64,000 nucleotides of DNA from Thermoplasmata archaeon (GTDB taxonomy: Archaea; Thermoplasmatota; Thermoplasmata; Lutacidiplasmatales; UBA184): contig JAGWLG010000005.1 in NCBI GenBank assembly GCA_028864975.1, positions 1-64,000 on the forward strand, read 5' to 3'. How positions within the stretch are numbered: position 1 is the first letter of the stretch; each line of letters begins with the position of its first letter. Shown here piece by piece: positions 54,902-64,000 of the stretch. The position numbers and the translations under genes were made by a program. The notes beneath the pieces were generated by a model, which saw nothing but the letters and a program-made list of their open reading frames with translations, made no database searches and had not been told where the DNA came from.

Positions 54902-56202
54902 CCCACCTTCTCCCATCGCTCGAGCTTCTGGACCGAGGAGAGGGTCGATCCTCGCTTGATCTCCTCTCTCACGCGGTTCTCGTGCTCGAGCACGTCGAGC
55001 GCACGGTTCGCGATCTCCTGGGCCCGTTCTCGGGGCACCACGACCACGCCGCTCGCGTCCCCGACGACCCAGTCGCCGGGTCGGACCTTCTGGCCCCCGC
55101 AGACGATCTCGACACCGATCTCCCCGTGCCCCTTCGCCTCCCCCGCATCTGGGGCGATGTTCCGTGAGAAAAGGGGGAACCCCAGGTCCATGATCGAGTC
55201 GATGTCCCGGGCGGCCCCGTCGATGACCACCCCCGCCAACCCGCGTCCGTGGGCCGACCAGCTCGCAAGCTCGCCCCACATCCCCGTGTGACCCCCTCCG
55301 GCGTCGACGACGATCACGTCACCCGGCTGGGCACGGTCGATGGCCTCCACGGGTTTCGCCCAGTCTCCGTCCATCGTCCGCACGGTGAGGGCGGGCCCCA
55401 CCATCTTCGTGCGGAAGTCCTTGAGGTGCGGAAGGATCCCATGCATCGCGCCCTTCCGCTGGAGGGCGTCGGTGACGTTCGGGGCCGAGACCTTGAGAAA
55501 GGCCTCGCGGATCTCGGTGGCCCCATACTTTCGGAAGAGCTCGGTCTTGACCGGGGTCAACGTGTCGAGGGCCTTCCGAACGTTCCGCGTCGCCTCGGTG
55601 ATCTTCTCGGCCTTCGTGATCGCCCCTCCCACGATCACCACGCGAGCCCCCGCTTCGGCGGCCTTCGCCGCGGTCTCCGAGTTCAGCCCCCCCGCGACGG
55701 CGACGGGGAGTGGGGAGGCCTTGCAAAGCTCACGCAGCGCTTCGAAGGGGTCGACCCCACGCATCTGCTGGTCGATGCCGATGTGGAGGCAGACATAGGC
55801 GGCCCCAAGCTCGTGGGCCCTCTTGGCGCGCGCGATGGGGTCGGCGACCGCCAGAAGGTCGACCACGACCTGGGCCCCGTACTTCTCCCCGCCGCGGACC
55901 GCGTCCGCGATGGTGTCGTCATCGCTGGCCCCCAGGACCGTCACCAGGTCGGCCCCCGCCTTGGCCGCGATCTCCACCTCGAAGGAGCCGGTGTCCATGA
56001 TCTTCATGTCGGCCACGACGCGCTTGTCTCGGAACGCCTTCTTGAGCTCTCGGACCGCGTTCAGGCCCTCGCTCTTGATGAGCGGAGTGCCGGCCTCCAC
56101 CCAGTCGGCGCCTCCCTCCACGGCCTCCTTCGCGGCCTGAAGGGCGCGGTGGAGGTTCTCGAAGTCCAGGGCCACTTGGAGGACCGGTCGATCGGCGGGC
56201 AT
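54898..56202 (-). CDS. hxlA: 3-hexulose-6-phosphate synthase fused to an RraA/HMG-aldolase-like domain
   Basis: LQVALD, EAGTPLIKSEG, ADMKIMDTG, HIGIDQQ, AVAGG; then VTDAL, GDWAKPVEAI, WGELAS, DGAARD, GDWVVGDASGVVVVP. Confidence 0.92.
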   Translation of the reverse strand: MPADRPVLQVALDFENLHRALQAAKEAVEGGADWVEAGTPLIKSEGLNAVRELKKAFRDKRVVADMKIMDTGSFEVEIAAKAGADLVTVLGASDDDTIADAVRGGEKYGAQVVVDLLAVADPIARAKRAHELGAAYVCLHIGIDQQMRGVDPFEALRELCKASPLPVAVAGGLNSETAAKAAEAGARVVIVGGAITKAEKITEATRNVRKALDTLTPVKTELFRKYGATEIREAFLKVSAPNVTDALQRKGAMHGILPHLKDFRTKMVGPALTVRTMDGDWAKPVEAIDRAQPGDVIVVDAGGGHTGMWGELASWSAHGRGLAGVVIDGAARDIDSIMDLGFPLFSRNIAPDAGEAKGHGEIGVEIVCGGQKVRPGDWVVGDASGVVVVPRERAQEIANRALDVLEHENRVREEIKRGSTLSSVQKLERWEKVG

Positions 56203-56334
56203 GAGGAGCTTCTCACACCCCCTTGCCCAAAGACCTTTCCCGTGGCCCCGCCGCTGGCACCCCTTCGACGCTCGAAAGGTCTAAGCCTGGCCAGGAGCCG
56301 TACCGGGACGGCTCGCAAAGAGCCTGGCCAGGCC

Positions 56335-57063
56335 ATGGACAGACCGATCATCCTCGACGAACCCTCGCGGCTTCCTGTGGGTGGCCACGCGCTGTCGATG
56401 TTCGCGTCGGACCAGGAAGGAGCCGATCACGCGGCGTCGTTCCTCTCTGGCGGCAAGGAGCCCGCGTCCTCTTCGTTCTGGGTAGGAGAGGCGTCAGCGT
56501 TTGAGGTGTACCAGAGGGCGGTGGAACGTTCGGCGCCACGCTTTGTGGAGAGCCTCCACGCACTGAAGGGGGCTCACGTGGAGTGGGTGGGGACCGACCG
56601 CCGTGCGCTTCGTCCCATCCCCGAGGTGCTCCAGTTCCTGCAGGAGCATCCGCAAGGACTGAGCGCGGGGGCCAACACGCTCAGTCACTTCTGGAGTCCC
56701 ACCGACATGCCCGCCTTCCTCGAGTACGAGAACTGGATCCAACAGCTTCCCCACGCCGAGGCCCGGCTGCTCTGTCCCTACGACCTGCGTCGTATCCCTG
56801 TGGCCTCCGCTCCGACCGTTGTCTCGACCCTCGCACGTCGGCACGACCACCTCGTCCTTTCTCGTACCCAGGATCCTTTGCTGACGATGCTCGAGCTCTT
56901 CCTCTTTCGAAAGGAGGCGGAGGTGCCCCCCTCCCTTCGACCGGCCCTCGAACGTGGGCTCGAGGACCGTTGGGTCCAGAGCGCCCCCGAGGGAGGGTTC
57001 GAGTGGACCGCCCGAGGAGAGCACTTCGTCGAAGCACTGGCCCGTTCCAAGAGATGGAGATAG
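56335..57063 (+). CDS. MEDS sensory-domain protein
   Basis: GGHALSMF, FLEYENWI, RLLCPYDLRR, LARRHDHL; short wing-like C-terminus FEWTARG. Confidence 0.7.
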   Translation: MDRPIILDEPSRLPVGGHALSMFASDQEGADHAASFLSGGKEPASSSFWVGEASAFEVYQRAVERSAPRFVESLHALKGAHVEWVGTDRRALRPIPEVLQFLQEHPQGLSAGANTLSHFWSPTDMPAFLEYENWIQQLPHAEARLLCPYDLRRIPVASAPTVVSTLARRHDHLVLSRTQDPLLTMLELFLFRKEAEVPPSLRPALERGLEDRWVQSAPEGGFEWTARGEHFVEALARSKRWR

Positions 57064-57181
57064 GCTCGCGATCGTGCTCGTGGGCCGTCCCTCGCGCGCC
57101 AGGGTTCAAGTTTAAGCCGACAAGGTGAGTATCTTCTACTCCGGCAGAGCACGACCATCGCATTTCAGGAGCTGACCCCCC

Positions 57182-57688
57182 TTGTTCAATCGGGACTATT
57201 CGGGATCTCCCTACGTGATGGAGACCGTCCGGCCGATCGAGATCCCGGTGATCGCCCAGGTCAAGCGACGGCTGGCCGAGGGGCAGTTCGCCGAGGCGGT
57301 GACCCTCGCCTACCACACCGCGGTCCTGGACCTTCAACGGGCCTACCGGACCCAGTTCCCCGCACACTGGACCCACCTCGACGTGGTCCAGTGGACCCGT
57401 CGCAACAACCTCGGCATCGTCGCGGATTGCATCTCGAAGCTCTATCAGTCCTACGAGCCCGTCCGATACGGTCGCGCATCGGACGTGCAGAGGGCGGACA
57501 TCGTGAGCCCGCTCACCAGCCTGTACGCCCAGAGCCCCCTCTGGAGGCTCTACGCTCCGAGCAGCGTCGCCGGTTACGGGTACGGGAACGGCTACGGGAA
57601 CGGGGGGGGCGGTGCCTATGCGAACGCCCTAGGCTACTCCGGCTATGGTCGGTACGGGGAGGAGCGGTCGCTTCCGCCACCACCATGA
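57182..57688 (+). CDS. Hypothetical protein, DUF4129-like helical domain with Gly/Tyr-rich tail
   Basis: GQFAEAVTLAY..., first gene of an ATGA-coupled operon; TTG start preceded by AGGAG. Confidence 0.65.
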   Translation: MFNRDYSGSPYVMETVRPIEIPVIAQVKRRLAEGQFAEAVTLAYHTAVLDLQRAYRTQFPAHWTHLDVVQWTRRNNLGIVADCISKLYQSYEPVRYGRASDVQRADIVSPLTSLYAQSPLWRLYAPSSVAGYGYGNGYGNGGGGAYANALGYSGYGRYGEERSLPPPP

Positions 57689-58209
57689 GCGCCGACCTGG
57701 GTTCGTTCCTCACCGCGCTCTTCACCGACCCGGTCTACGGGCTGCCGCTCTTGATCTGGGCGATCGTGGGGATCGTCTGGCTCCTGTGGGGCCACGGCTC
57801 GCTCCCCCCCGCGCTCCTGCCGTATCGGGCCCACCGCGTCCGGTCCGTCGACCCGGTCTCGTCCATGTACTGGGCGCTCGCCGAGAAGCGATATTCCGAG
57901 ACCCTGCTCTTCGCCTACCAACGCCTCGACGCCGCCTTCCAGCGGCGCTACGGGATCAGCATCCGGTTCATCCCATGGCGACGCAAGCACCAGCTCCGCT
58001 ACGGCATCGAGGACCCCAAACCGTTCGAACGCGCGGTCCGCCTCATGGTCAAAACGCTCGATGGCGCGACGACGCTGGAGGGCAAGCCCGCCATCCGCGC
58101 GGTCGCGCACATGCTCCGACCCTACCGCGAGAGGAAGATGTTGGATCGCTTCCACCGGGTCATGAGCGACCTGGATTGGATGTTGCCCTTCCTGGAGGGT
58201 TCGGCATGA
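57685..58209 (+). CDS. Membrane-anchored hypothetical protein
   Basis: ATGA overlap; TM VYGLPLLIWAIVGIVWLLWG. Confidence 0.75.
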   Translation: MSADLGSFLTALFTDPVYGLPLLIWAIVGIVWLLWGHGSLPPALLPYRAHRVRSVDPVSSMYWALAEKRYSETLLFAYQRLDAAFQRRYGISIRFIPWRRKHQLRYGIEDPKPFERAVRLMVKTLDGATTLEGKPAIRAVAHMLRPYRERKMLDRFHRVMSDLDWMLPFLEGSA

Positions 58210-59846
58210 GCCCAAAGCCCGCCGCGCGGCCTCCGGACCCCCCTGCGAAGACGCAGCCCGCTCCCGACACTGCGAAAGCCCCTCCACCTCAGGCCCCCGC
58301 GCCGGTCTCTACCCCAACCCCTCCGACCGACCCCACGAACGAGGCGAAGTCCCCGTCCGCGAACCCTCCTAACGACGAGGAGGAGGAAGAGGCGGGGGAG
58401 GGCGATGCCTCCGAGGAGGCCGAGGAGGTGGAAGTGGAAGCTGAACCGTCGCCGACCGAGCGGCCGGGGTCCGCAGCGGCGGCCCCGACACACCAGGCTC
58501 GTGTGCCGATCCGCTCGGCCCACTGGGAGCTCCATCCGGTGGCCCCGCCCACCGTGTTCGTCGCGAAGCGCATCACCCCCCCAGGAAGCGCCGGTGCACC
58601 CGCATCCGAGGCTCCCCAGACCCCCTCTCCGGCGGTCGCCGCAACGGCCACTTCCCCACCGTCGTCCCCCGCTTCATCTCCCGCCCCCCCCTCCGCGTCC
58701 TCAGCGCGACCTCCCCCACCGCCTCCGGTCGCGCCGCCATCCTCGACGAGCGCGAGGCCCCCTGCGCAGTCCGCCTCCGCTGCCACCATATCGGCCGAAC
58801 TCGCGGTTCCGGCCGCCCCGTCGCGGGCCGGTGCGGCCACGCCGGGTCCCCGCGCGGCCCCTGCCTCTCCCTCGTCCGAGGCCGCGTCGGACGCCCAAGC
58901 CGTCCTCAAGCGGGTCCAGACGAACATCGGGAACGTCGTGATCGGCTACGAGGGGATCGTGCGCGCGATGCTCGTGGCCATCGCCGCCAACGGCCACATC
59001 CTCCTCGAAGGCGTTCCCGGTCTCGCGAAGACCTACCTGGTCCGAGCCTTCTCCCGGTCGCTGACCCTCACCTTCCGTCGCATCCAGTTCACCCCGGATA
59101 TGCTCCCCGCCGACATCCTGGGGACCGTCGTGCTGGACCCCCGGACGCAGATGTTCGAGTTCCGTCCCGGTCCCATCTTTGCGAACGTCATCCTGGCTGA
59201 CGAGATCAATCGGGCCCCGCCCAAGGTCCAATCCGCTCTGCTCGAGGCGATGCAAGAGCGGCAGGTGACGGTGGAAGGGGTGAGCTATCCGCTGCCGAGC
59301 CCGTTCGTCGTGATCGCGACGGAGAACCCCGTCGAGCTCGAAGGGACCTATCCCCTCCCGGAGGCCGAGCTCGACCGCTTCCTCTTCCGGATCCTTCTAG
59401 GTTATCCGAGCGCCGAGAACGAGCTGCGACTCCTCAAGCAGCGCACGGTGACCAACGACCCCACCTTGACCGAGGGGATCCTCGGGGCCCCCGCGCTCAT
59501 CGCGCTCCGGGACCAGGCCCAGGCGATCCATGTGCATGACGACATCTTGAGGTACATCGCCGCGCTCCTGCGAGAGACGAGGACCGACCCCCGGGTGCTA
59601 TCGGGTGCGTCGCCCCGCGCCGGGGTCCAACTGTTGCTGGCCGTGAAGGCCTCGGCGCTCTTCGCGGGCCGCCCGTTCGTCATCCCGGACGATGTGAAGG
59701 ATCTCGCCTTCGATGTCCTCAACCACCGGCTCGTTCTGCGACCCGAGGTCCTCGCTCTGCACTCCGGTGGAGGGAAGGACGATGGGGGTCGCACGCTCCA
59801 GGAAGTGGTCTTTTCCCTCATCAACAAGGTCGCCGTGCCCTGGTGA
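58206..59846 (+). CDS. moxR: MoxR-family AAA+ ATPase with long Pro/Ala-rich N-terminal extension
   Basis: HILLEGVPGLAKT, RIQFTPDMLPADI, LADEINRAPPKVQSALLEAMQE, LPEAELDRF, ASPRA. Confidence 0.95.
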   Translation: MSPKPAARPPDPPAKTQPAPDTAKAPPPQAPAPVSTPTPPTDPTNEAKSPSANPPNDEEEEEAGEGDASEEAEEVEVEAEPSPTERPGSAAAAPTHQARVPIRSAHWELHPVAPPTVFVAKRITPPGSAGAPASEAPQTPSPAVAATATSPPSSPASSPAPPSASSARPPPPPPVAPPSSTSARPPAQSASAATISAELAVPAAPSRAGAATPGPRAAPASPSSEAASDAQAVLKRVQTNIGNVVIGYEGIVRAMLVAIAANGHILLEGVPGLAKTYLVRAFSRSLTLTFRRIQFTPDMLPADILGTVVLDPRTQMFEFRPGPIFANVILADEINRAPPKVQSALLEAMQERQVTVEGVSYPLPSPFVVIATENPVELEGTYPLPEAELDRFLFRILLGYPSAENELRLLKQRTVTNDPTLTEGILGAPALIALRDQAQAIHVHDDILRYIAALLRETRTDPRVLSGASPRAGVQLLLAVKASALFAGRPFVIPDDVKDLAFDVLNHRLVLRPEVLALHSGGGKDDGGRTLQEVVFSLINKVAVPW

Positions 59847-59861
59847 GGAGAGGGCGCGCGC

Positions 59862-61226
59862 ATGGCGTTCTCTCCCGAGTCGCTCACGTTCTACCGCGCG
59901 CGCTCTCGTAGCCACCTATCCACCCAGGGCGCGGGGATCGTCGGCGGAGGGCTCGCTATCCTCGGGCTCGCGCTCTACGCCCTCAACGTCCTGCTCTTCG
60001 TGGTCGCGCTGCTCGCGATCACCTTTGTCGCGGCGGAGTACCTCCTGTTCGTCTGGTCCACACGCGACTTCAGCCCGGAGTGGTTCGCCGCCCGGCGCGA
60101 TGGCACCTCCTCCCGGGTCGACGTGCATGGGACGGGGTCGGTCGGGGTCACGCTTGCGAACCAGGGCCCGCGCGGGTTCTATGCCGAGGTCTTCGACGGG
60201 TATCCCGAGGAGTTCGAGATGCTGGCGGGGTCCCCCCGGCTCCGGACCTTCTTCGCCCCGGGAGCGCAGCTCTCGCTGTTCTACGTCTTCCGACCCTCGA
60301 ACCGCGGGCTCTTCACGGTCGGTCCCACCACCGTGGTCGCCCACGACGCGCTCGGGCTGGCCTTTCGCACGCTGGAGCTGGACACCCGGACCAACCTGTT
60401 CGTAACGCCTCCCCGTCCCCCCCTGGGACTCGGGGCCTCCTTCGCCCGGCTCCGGACCCGCTTCCTGGGGACGCAGGCGCTGCGTCGGAGAGGGTATGGG
60501 ACAGAGTTCCGCTCGCTGAGGGAGTACCTCCCCACCGACGACTACCGAACGATCGCGTGGAAGCGCTCAGGGAAGGGGAAGCTCTACATCCGGGAGTTCG
60601 AGCAGGAGAACCGACAGGATTTCCTGGTCCTCCTGGACGCGAGCTCCCAGATGGCGGCGGGGATCCCGGGGAGCACCGCCCTCGACAAGGCGGTCGAAGC
60701 GACGCAGGTCCTTTCGGCCTACGTGGCACGGCGCGAGGACCGCTTGGGCCTTCTGGCCTGGGCGAACGGGCCGACGAGCTTCGTGCCCCTGGGACGTGGT
60801 CCGAACCACGTCTCCACGCTCGTCCGGGCCCTCGCGGCGGTCCAGCCGGAGAACCGACCCTTCCGTGGCGAGGCCGCGCTCGACTTCCTTCGGGAGAAGC
60901 TCAAGAGCCGGACCCATGTGTTCCTCTTCACGGGGCTCACCGACCCCACCGAACCGTTCCGGACCGCCTACGCACGGTTCACGGCGAAAGGGCACCACAT
61001 CTACGCGTTCACGCCCTCCGTCTCCAGCTTCTACCCTCCGCTCCCAGGGGAGCTTGACCAGCGCCTGCTCTTCCTGGCGCAGCAGCTCGATTCCCGGAGG
61101 ATGGCCCTCTCGACCACGGCGATCCGCAGCATGGGGATCCCCCTCTTCCCCTACGAACGACGAGGGGCGGTCGACCCGGTCGTGGAGCTCTACGCCGCGG
61201 TCCGCTCTTGGGGGTACGCTCGGTGA
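59862..61226 (+). CDS. DUF58-family protein with N-terminal TM segments
   Basis: GTEFRSLREYLPTDDYRTIAWKRS, REFEQE, LLDASSQM, DRLGL. Confidence 0.92.
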   Translation: MAFSPESLTFYRARSRSHLSTQGAGIVGGGLAILGLALYALNVLLFVVALLAITFVAAEYLLFVWSTRDFSPEWFAARRDGTSSRVDVHGTGSVGVTLANQGPRGFYAEVFDGYPEEFEMLAGSPRLRTFFAPGAQLSLFYVFRPSNRGLFTVGPTTVVAHDALGLAFRTLELDTRTNLFVTPPRPPLGLGASFARLRTRFLGTQALRRRGYGTEFRSLREYLPTDDYRTIAWKRSGKGKLYIREFEQENRQDFLVLLDASSQMAAGIPGSTALDKAVEATQVLSAYVARREDRLGLLAWANGPTSFVPLGRGPNHVSTLVRALAAVQPENRPFRGEAALDFLREKLKSRTHVFLFTGLTDPTEPFRTAYARFTAKGHHIYAFTPSVSSFYPPLPGELDQRLLFLAQQLDSRRMALSTTAIRSMGIPLFPYERRGAVDPVVELYAAVRSWGYAR

Positions 61227-62284
61227 CGCTCTCGGCACGGGAGGAGCAAGCGCTCTCCCTGACCCTGGTCGCCCCCGCCTTCGCCTATCTGCTCATCCTT
61301 CTCCTCTCCGGCTACACGGGTTGGACCGGGGCCACCGTCGCAGGGTTCGTCCTCATTCCCCTCCTGATCCTCGTCGGATTGATCCCCCTCTGGGGCCCGT
61401 TCATCGAGCTGCTGGGGTTCACGGCTCTCACGTTGGGGATCCTCGACGTGGGGCTCTCGACCCCCGGCGCAGGTCCGCTGATCGACTTCGTCGCGGGCGT
61501 TCTTCTCGGCTCACCCTTCCTGCTCGGGACGTGGGCCTGGACCCCGCGGCGCTCGGCTCCCGCCCGCCTGCTGGGGCTCGGCGTGGCGTTGATGGAGGGC
61601 ATCATCCTCCTCGCGGCGCTCCGGCTCATCCAGGCCAACAACCTCGCGGAGACCTCCGCCTCGCTCTTCTACAACTACACCCTCGCGAACCTCTACCAGG
61701 CCTGCGGCATCGCGGGATTCCTGAACGTCGTCCCGAACGGGTGCCCTCTGGACCTGACCCACCTGCCCCTGCGCGACCTGGTCGACCCCGTCTTCGTGGT
61801 CCTCTCCGGCATTGCCCTGCTCGGGGTCCTGATGCCCGTGCTCTCGCCGAGGACCGGGCGCGGGGCCCCGGGGGAGACGGAGAGCTTCGACGAGTTCGAA
61901 TCCTCCTCCCGGGTCCGGGCGGCCCTCGCCCTCTCCCCCGAGATGATGCGTGGGCTCGCCCAGAGGACCCCCCCACGCCCTTCCCCCGGTCTCGCGCCAC
62001 CGGGCTCGGCGGCCCTTCTGCTCTCGGCGGTGATCGTCCTGCTCTTCGTGGCCTACGCGATCAGCGCGCCGAGCTCTCTGCTCCTCCCCACCATGCTCTC
62101 GCTCTTCTTCGCGCTCCTAGCGGTGCTCTACCTGGGGCGGGCGGCGCGCGCCCCTGCACGGCTGCCGCGCGAGGTCCTCGTCGCCGCACCCCAGGGGCCC
62201 CCGACGCCCCCCATCGTGCACGAGCGACCGCCGCCCTCGGTACCTTCGGGAGGATTCACGCCGGGTCCGGTCACGCTTCCGTGA
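61223..62284 (+). CDS. Polytopic membrane protein of unknown function
   Basis: GTGA overlap with the DUF58 gene; about 8 hydrophobic segments. Confidence 0.8.
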   Translation: MTLSAREEQALSLTLVAPAFAYLLILLLSGYTGWTGATVAGFVLIPLLILVGLIPLWGPFIELLGFTALTLGILDVGLSTPGAGPLIDFVAGVLLGSPFLLGTWAWTPRRSAPARLLGLGVALMEGIILLAALRLIQANNLAETSASLFYNYTLANLYQACGIAGFLNVVPNGCPLDLTHLPLRDLVDPVFVVLSGIALLGVLMPVLSPRTGRGAPGETESFDEFESSSRVRAALALSPEMMRGLAQRTPPRPSPGLAPPGSAALLLSAVIVLLFVAYAISAPSSLLLPTMLSLFFALLAVLYLGRAARAPARLPREVLVAAPQGPPTPPIVHERPPPSVPSGGFTPGPVTLP

Positions 62285-63999
62285 GATGGCCCGAAGGACG
62301 GTCCTTCGGTCCGCTCAAGGCGGGAGGTCCTGTCCGAGATCCCCCGTCGGGGACCCATCGTCGGAGGGGCCGAGGGGAGCAGAACGACCCCCGGGGGTCG
62401 CCGCCCCTCCTCCCTCTTCCGTGTCACGACAAAGTAGGCCAAGGCCCCGAGCAGGAAGAGCGGGGGGAGTAGCAGGAAGGGCCACCACGGACCGGCAGCG
62501 AAGGGCAGGAGCGAGAAGTTCCCCTTGGTGTAGGTGCCGTTGTGGTCGATGATACACCCAGGTTCGGAGGGGGAGGTGCAGTTCCTCTTGGGCGCGGGGA
62601 GCAGCCAGATCGTGAGGTCGGTGTGGTGCCCTCCCGGGAAGTCCATCGCGCCGTTGGAATACCAGTCATAGTAGCCTCTCGCCGAGGCGATGACCTCGTA
62701 GAACCCCCCGGGGACGTCGGGGAGAGGGAAGGTGGCGTTGCCGGCGCTGTTGCTCAGGGACGAGTACGCGTCCCCGATGAGGACCAGGGCACCGCTGATC
62801 GGTGCCGAGGTATTCCGATCTCGGACCTCGGCGTAGATGGTCGCGTAGGGGAACGGCCAGAGCGAGACGTTCTCCCATGCCACTTGTCCCCACGTGAAGT
62901 TCCTCAGCACGATGGTGGGGGAGAGGTGGTAGCCGCTGTGGTAGGCGGTGAGCGTGTAGTTCCCCAGGCCCACGTCGGTGAAGTTCGCCCACCCGGAGCT
63001 CGGGGTGGGGAGGCTGCCCCCGGCGGTGGTCGGCGTGGGGTCGAAGTTCGTGAGGTTCACGGCCGCGGCCGGGACCGAGAGCCCGGTGTAGAGGTCCCGG
63101 AGGTGGACCCGCACCTGGCCGAACGTCTTCTCGAGAAGGAAGAAGCTCACGTTGAGCTGCCCGGTGTAGTTCAGCGCTTCGACCTTGGTCTCGGAGAAGT
63201 AGAGCAACGCGGAGGCCCGGATCACGCGGACCCCCCCGGAGAAAGAGCTCACATTGAGCCAACCATGCGCGTTGGTGAAGCCGACGAAGGTCCCGTTGAA
63301 CTGGACCTGGGCCCCGGAGAGGAGGTAGAGGCCCGAGGTCAGGTTGTACCCGTAGACCTTGATGTGGACCACGGGGAAGGGCACGAGGAAGAGCCGCAGC
63401 AGGACGCTGCGGTACTGGAGCAGCGTCGCGGTCCCCAGCGCCGGGTAGTAGTCGGGGACGTTCGCCGACGCGGAGGCCTTTCCGACGACGTCGGTCATGT
63501 TCCCGAACCCGTGGGCGTTCGCGCTCGTGCTGTTCGTCGTGCCATCGGGCATGTTGGCGAGGAGCAGGGCCCCCGCCAGCGGTCGGTCGTTGGAGCGGTC
63601 CAGCGCCTGCACGGTGAGGATGGCCCAGGGAAGGTGGACCAGGGTCAGGTTCGCCCACTGGTGGCCCGTGGCGTTCACCGTGAGGTTGAGCCAGCCCGGC
63701 CGGTAGTCCGGAAGGACCGCGTAGAACTGGACGGACCCGGCCCGGGCCGGGGTGAAGTTGAGGTAACCGTGGAGGTTCGTCAATCCGGAATAGGCCGCGT
63801 TCCAGAAGATGGTGACCCCGGAGAGGACAACGGTCCGGTTGTGGACGTCGAGCCCGTAGGTCCGCAGGGTAAGGCTGGGGAGGGGGACGAGCGAGACGTT
63901 CAGGAAGAGCGTCGGTCCAGGATAGAGGAAGACCCGGTAGTCCTTCTCGTAGTACCCCGGGGTCCAGACCGCGATCAGGTTGGGCCCCGCCCGGATCGC
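62128..63999 (-). CDS. Large surface glycoprotein with repeated carboxypeptidase-regulatory/PEGA-like beta domains and C-terminal TM (5' end outside window)
   Basis: Frame is open to the window edge; repeats of type LSGAxV...TNxxG...Y.L.A..GY; many NxS/T; TM WWPFLLLPPLFLLGALAYFVV. Confidence 0.85.
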   Translation of the reverse strand, partial: AIRAGPNLIAVWTPGYYEKDYRVFLYPGPTLFLNVSLVPLPSLTLRTYGLDVHNRTVVLSGVTIFWNAAYSGLTNLHGYLNFTPARAGSVQFYAVLPDYRPGWLNLTVNATGHQWANLTLVHLPWAILTVQALDRSNDRPLAGALLLANMPDGTTNSTSANAHGFGNMTDVVGKASASANVPDYYPALGTATLLQYRSVLLRLFLVPFPVVHIKVYGYNLTSGLYLLSGAQVQFNGTFVGFTNAHGWLNVSSFSGGVRVIRASALLYFSETKVEALNYTGQLNVSFFLLEKTFGQVRVHLRDLYTGLSVPAAAVNLTNFDPTPTTAGGSLPTPSSGWANFTDVGLGNYTLTAYHSGYHLSPTIVLRNFTWGQVAWENVSLWPFPYATIYAEVRDRNTSAPISGALVLIGDAYSSLSNSAGNATFPLPDVPGGFYEVIASARGYYDWYSNGAMDFPGGHHTDLTIWLLPAPKRNCTSPSEPGCIIDHNGTYTKGNFSLLPFAAGPWWPFLLLPPLFLLGALAYFVVTRKREEGRRPPGVVLLPSAPPTMGPRRGISDRTSRLERTEGPSFGPSHGSVTGPGVNPPEGTEGGGRSCTMGGVGGPWGAATRTSRGSRAGARAARPR

Positions 64000-64000
64000 C

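Noticed and set aside
1-64000. Many long overlapping ORFs in the track (e.g. 2107-3795+, 20688-22166-, 20861-22453+, 27742-29352+, 43931-45232+)
   Set aside because: Arg/Pro/Gly-rich shadow frames of motif-bearing genes, expected at this GC content.

Overview
GC-rich archaeal DNA, most likely Thermoplasmata (inference from a BHB-intron tRNA, a DUF835-like domain, an HPS-RraA fusion, TATA-like boxes about 25 bp before starts and ATGA/TGATG gene coupling). Layout: the 3' end of an ISAzo13-like element and proC (1-1.1 kb); a surface-glycosylation region (3.7-27.3 kb: SDR epimerases, flippase, two DUF2079/GT-C-like proteins, GT2/GT4, methyltransferase, NTP-transferase, carbamoyltransferase, Thr-type sulfatase-like enzyme) interleaved with Kelch/PKD surface proteins; moaA and a solo Cas4-like nuclease; a sensing/surface-protein block (38.3-54.1 kb); an intron-containing tRNA-Glu; hxlA-RraA with a divergent MEDS protein; and a MoxR/DUF58 operon. 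Top observations: (1) a membrane-anchored multi-domain putative peptidoglycan hydrolase (RlpA-like DPBB, 2xLysM, SleL-like GH18, Amidase_6) in a likely peptidoglycan-free archaeon; (2) a PKD-PKD-TM-wHTH membrane-tethered transcription factor and a STAND-TPR protein that share the same wHTH; (3) an identically spaced GCGTATC-N4-GCGTATC-N11-TWTTTG promoter element upstream of both neighbouring Kelch-PKD genes; (4) a Kelch-PKD-TM-DUF835 receptor-like protein. All domain calls come from motif recognition by eye; no searches were run.
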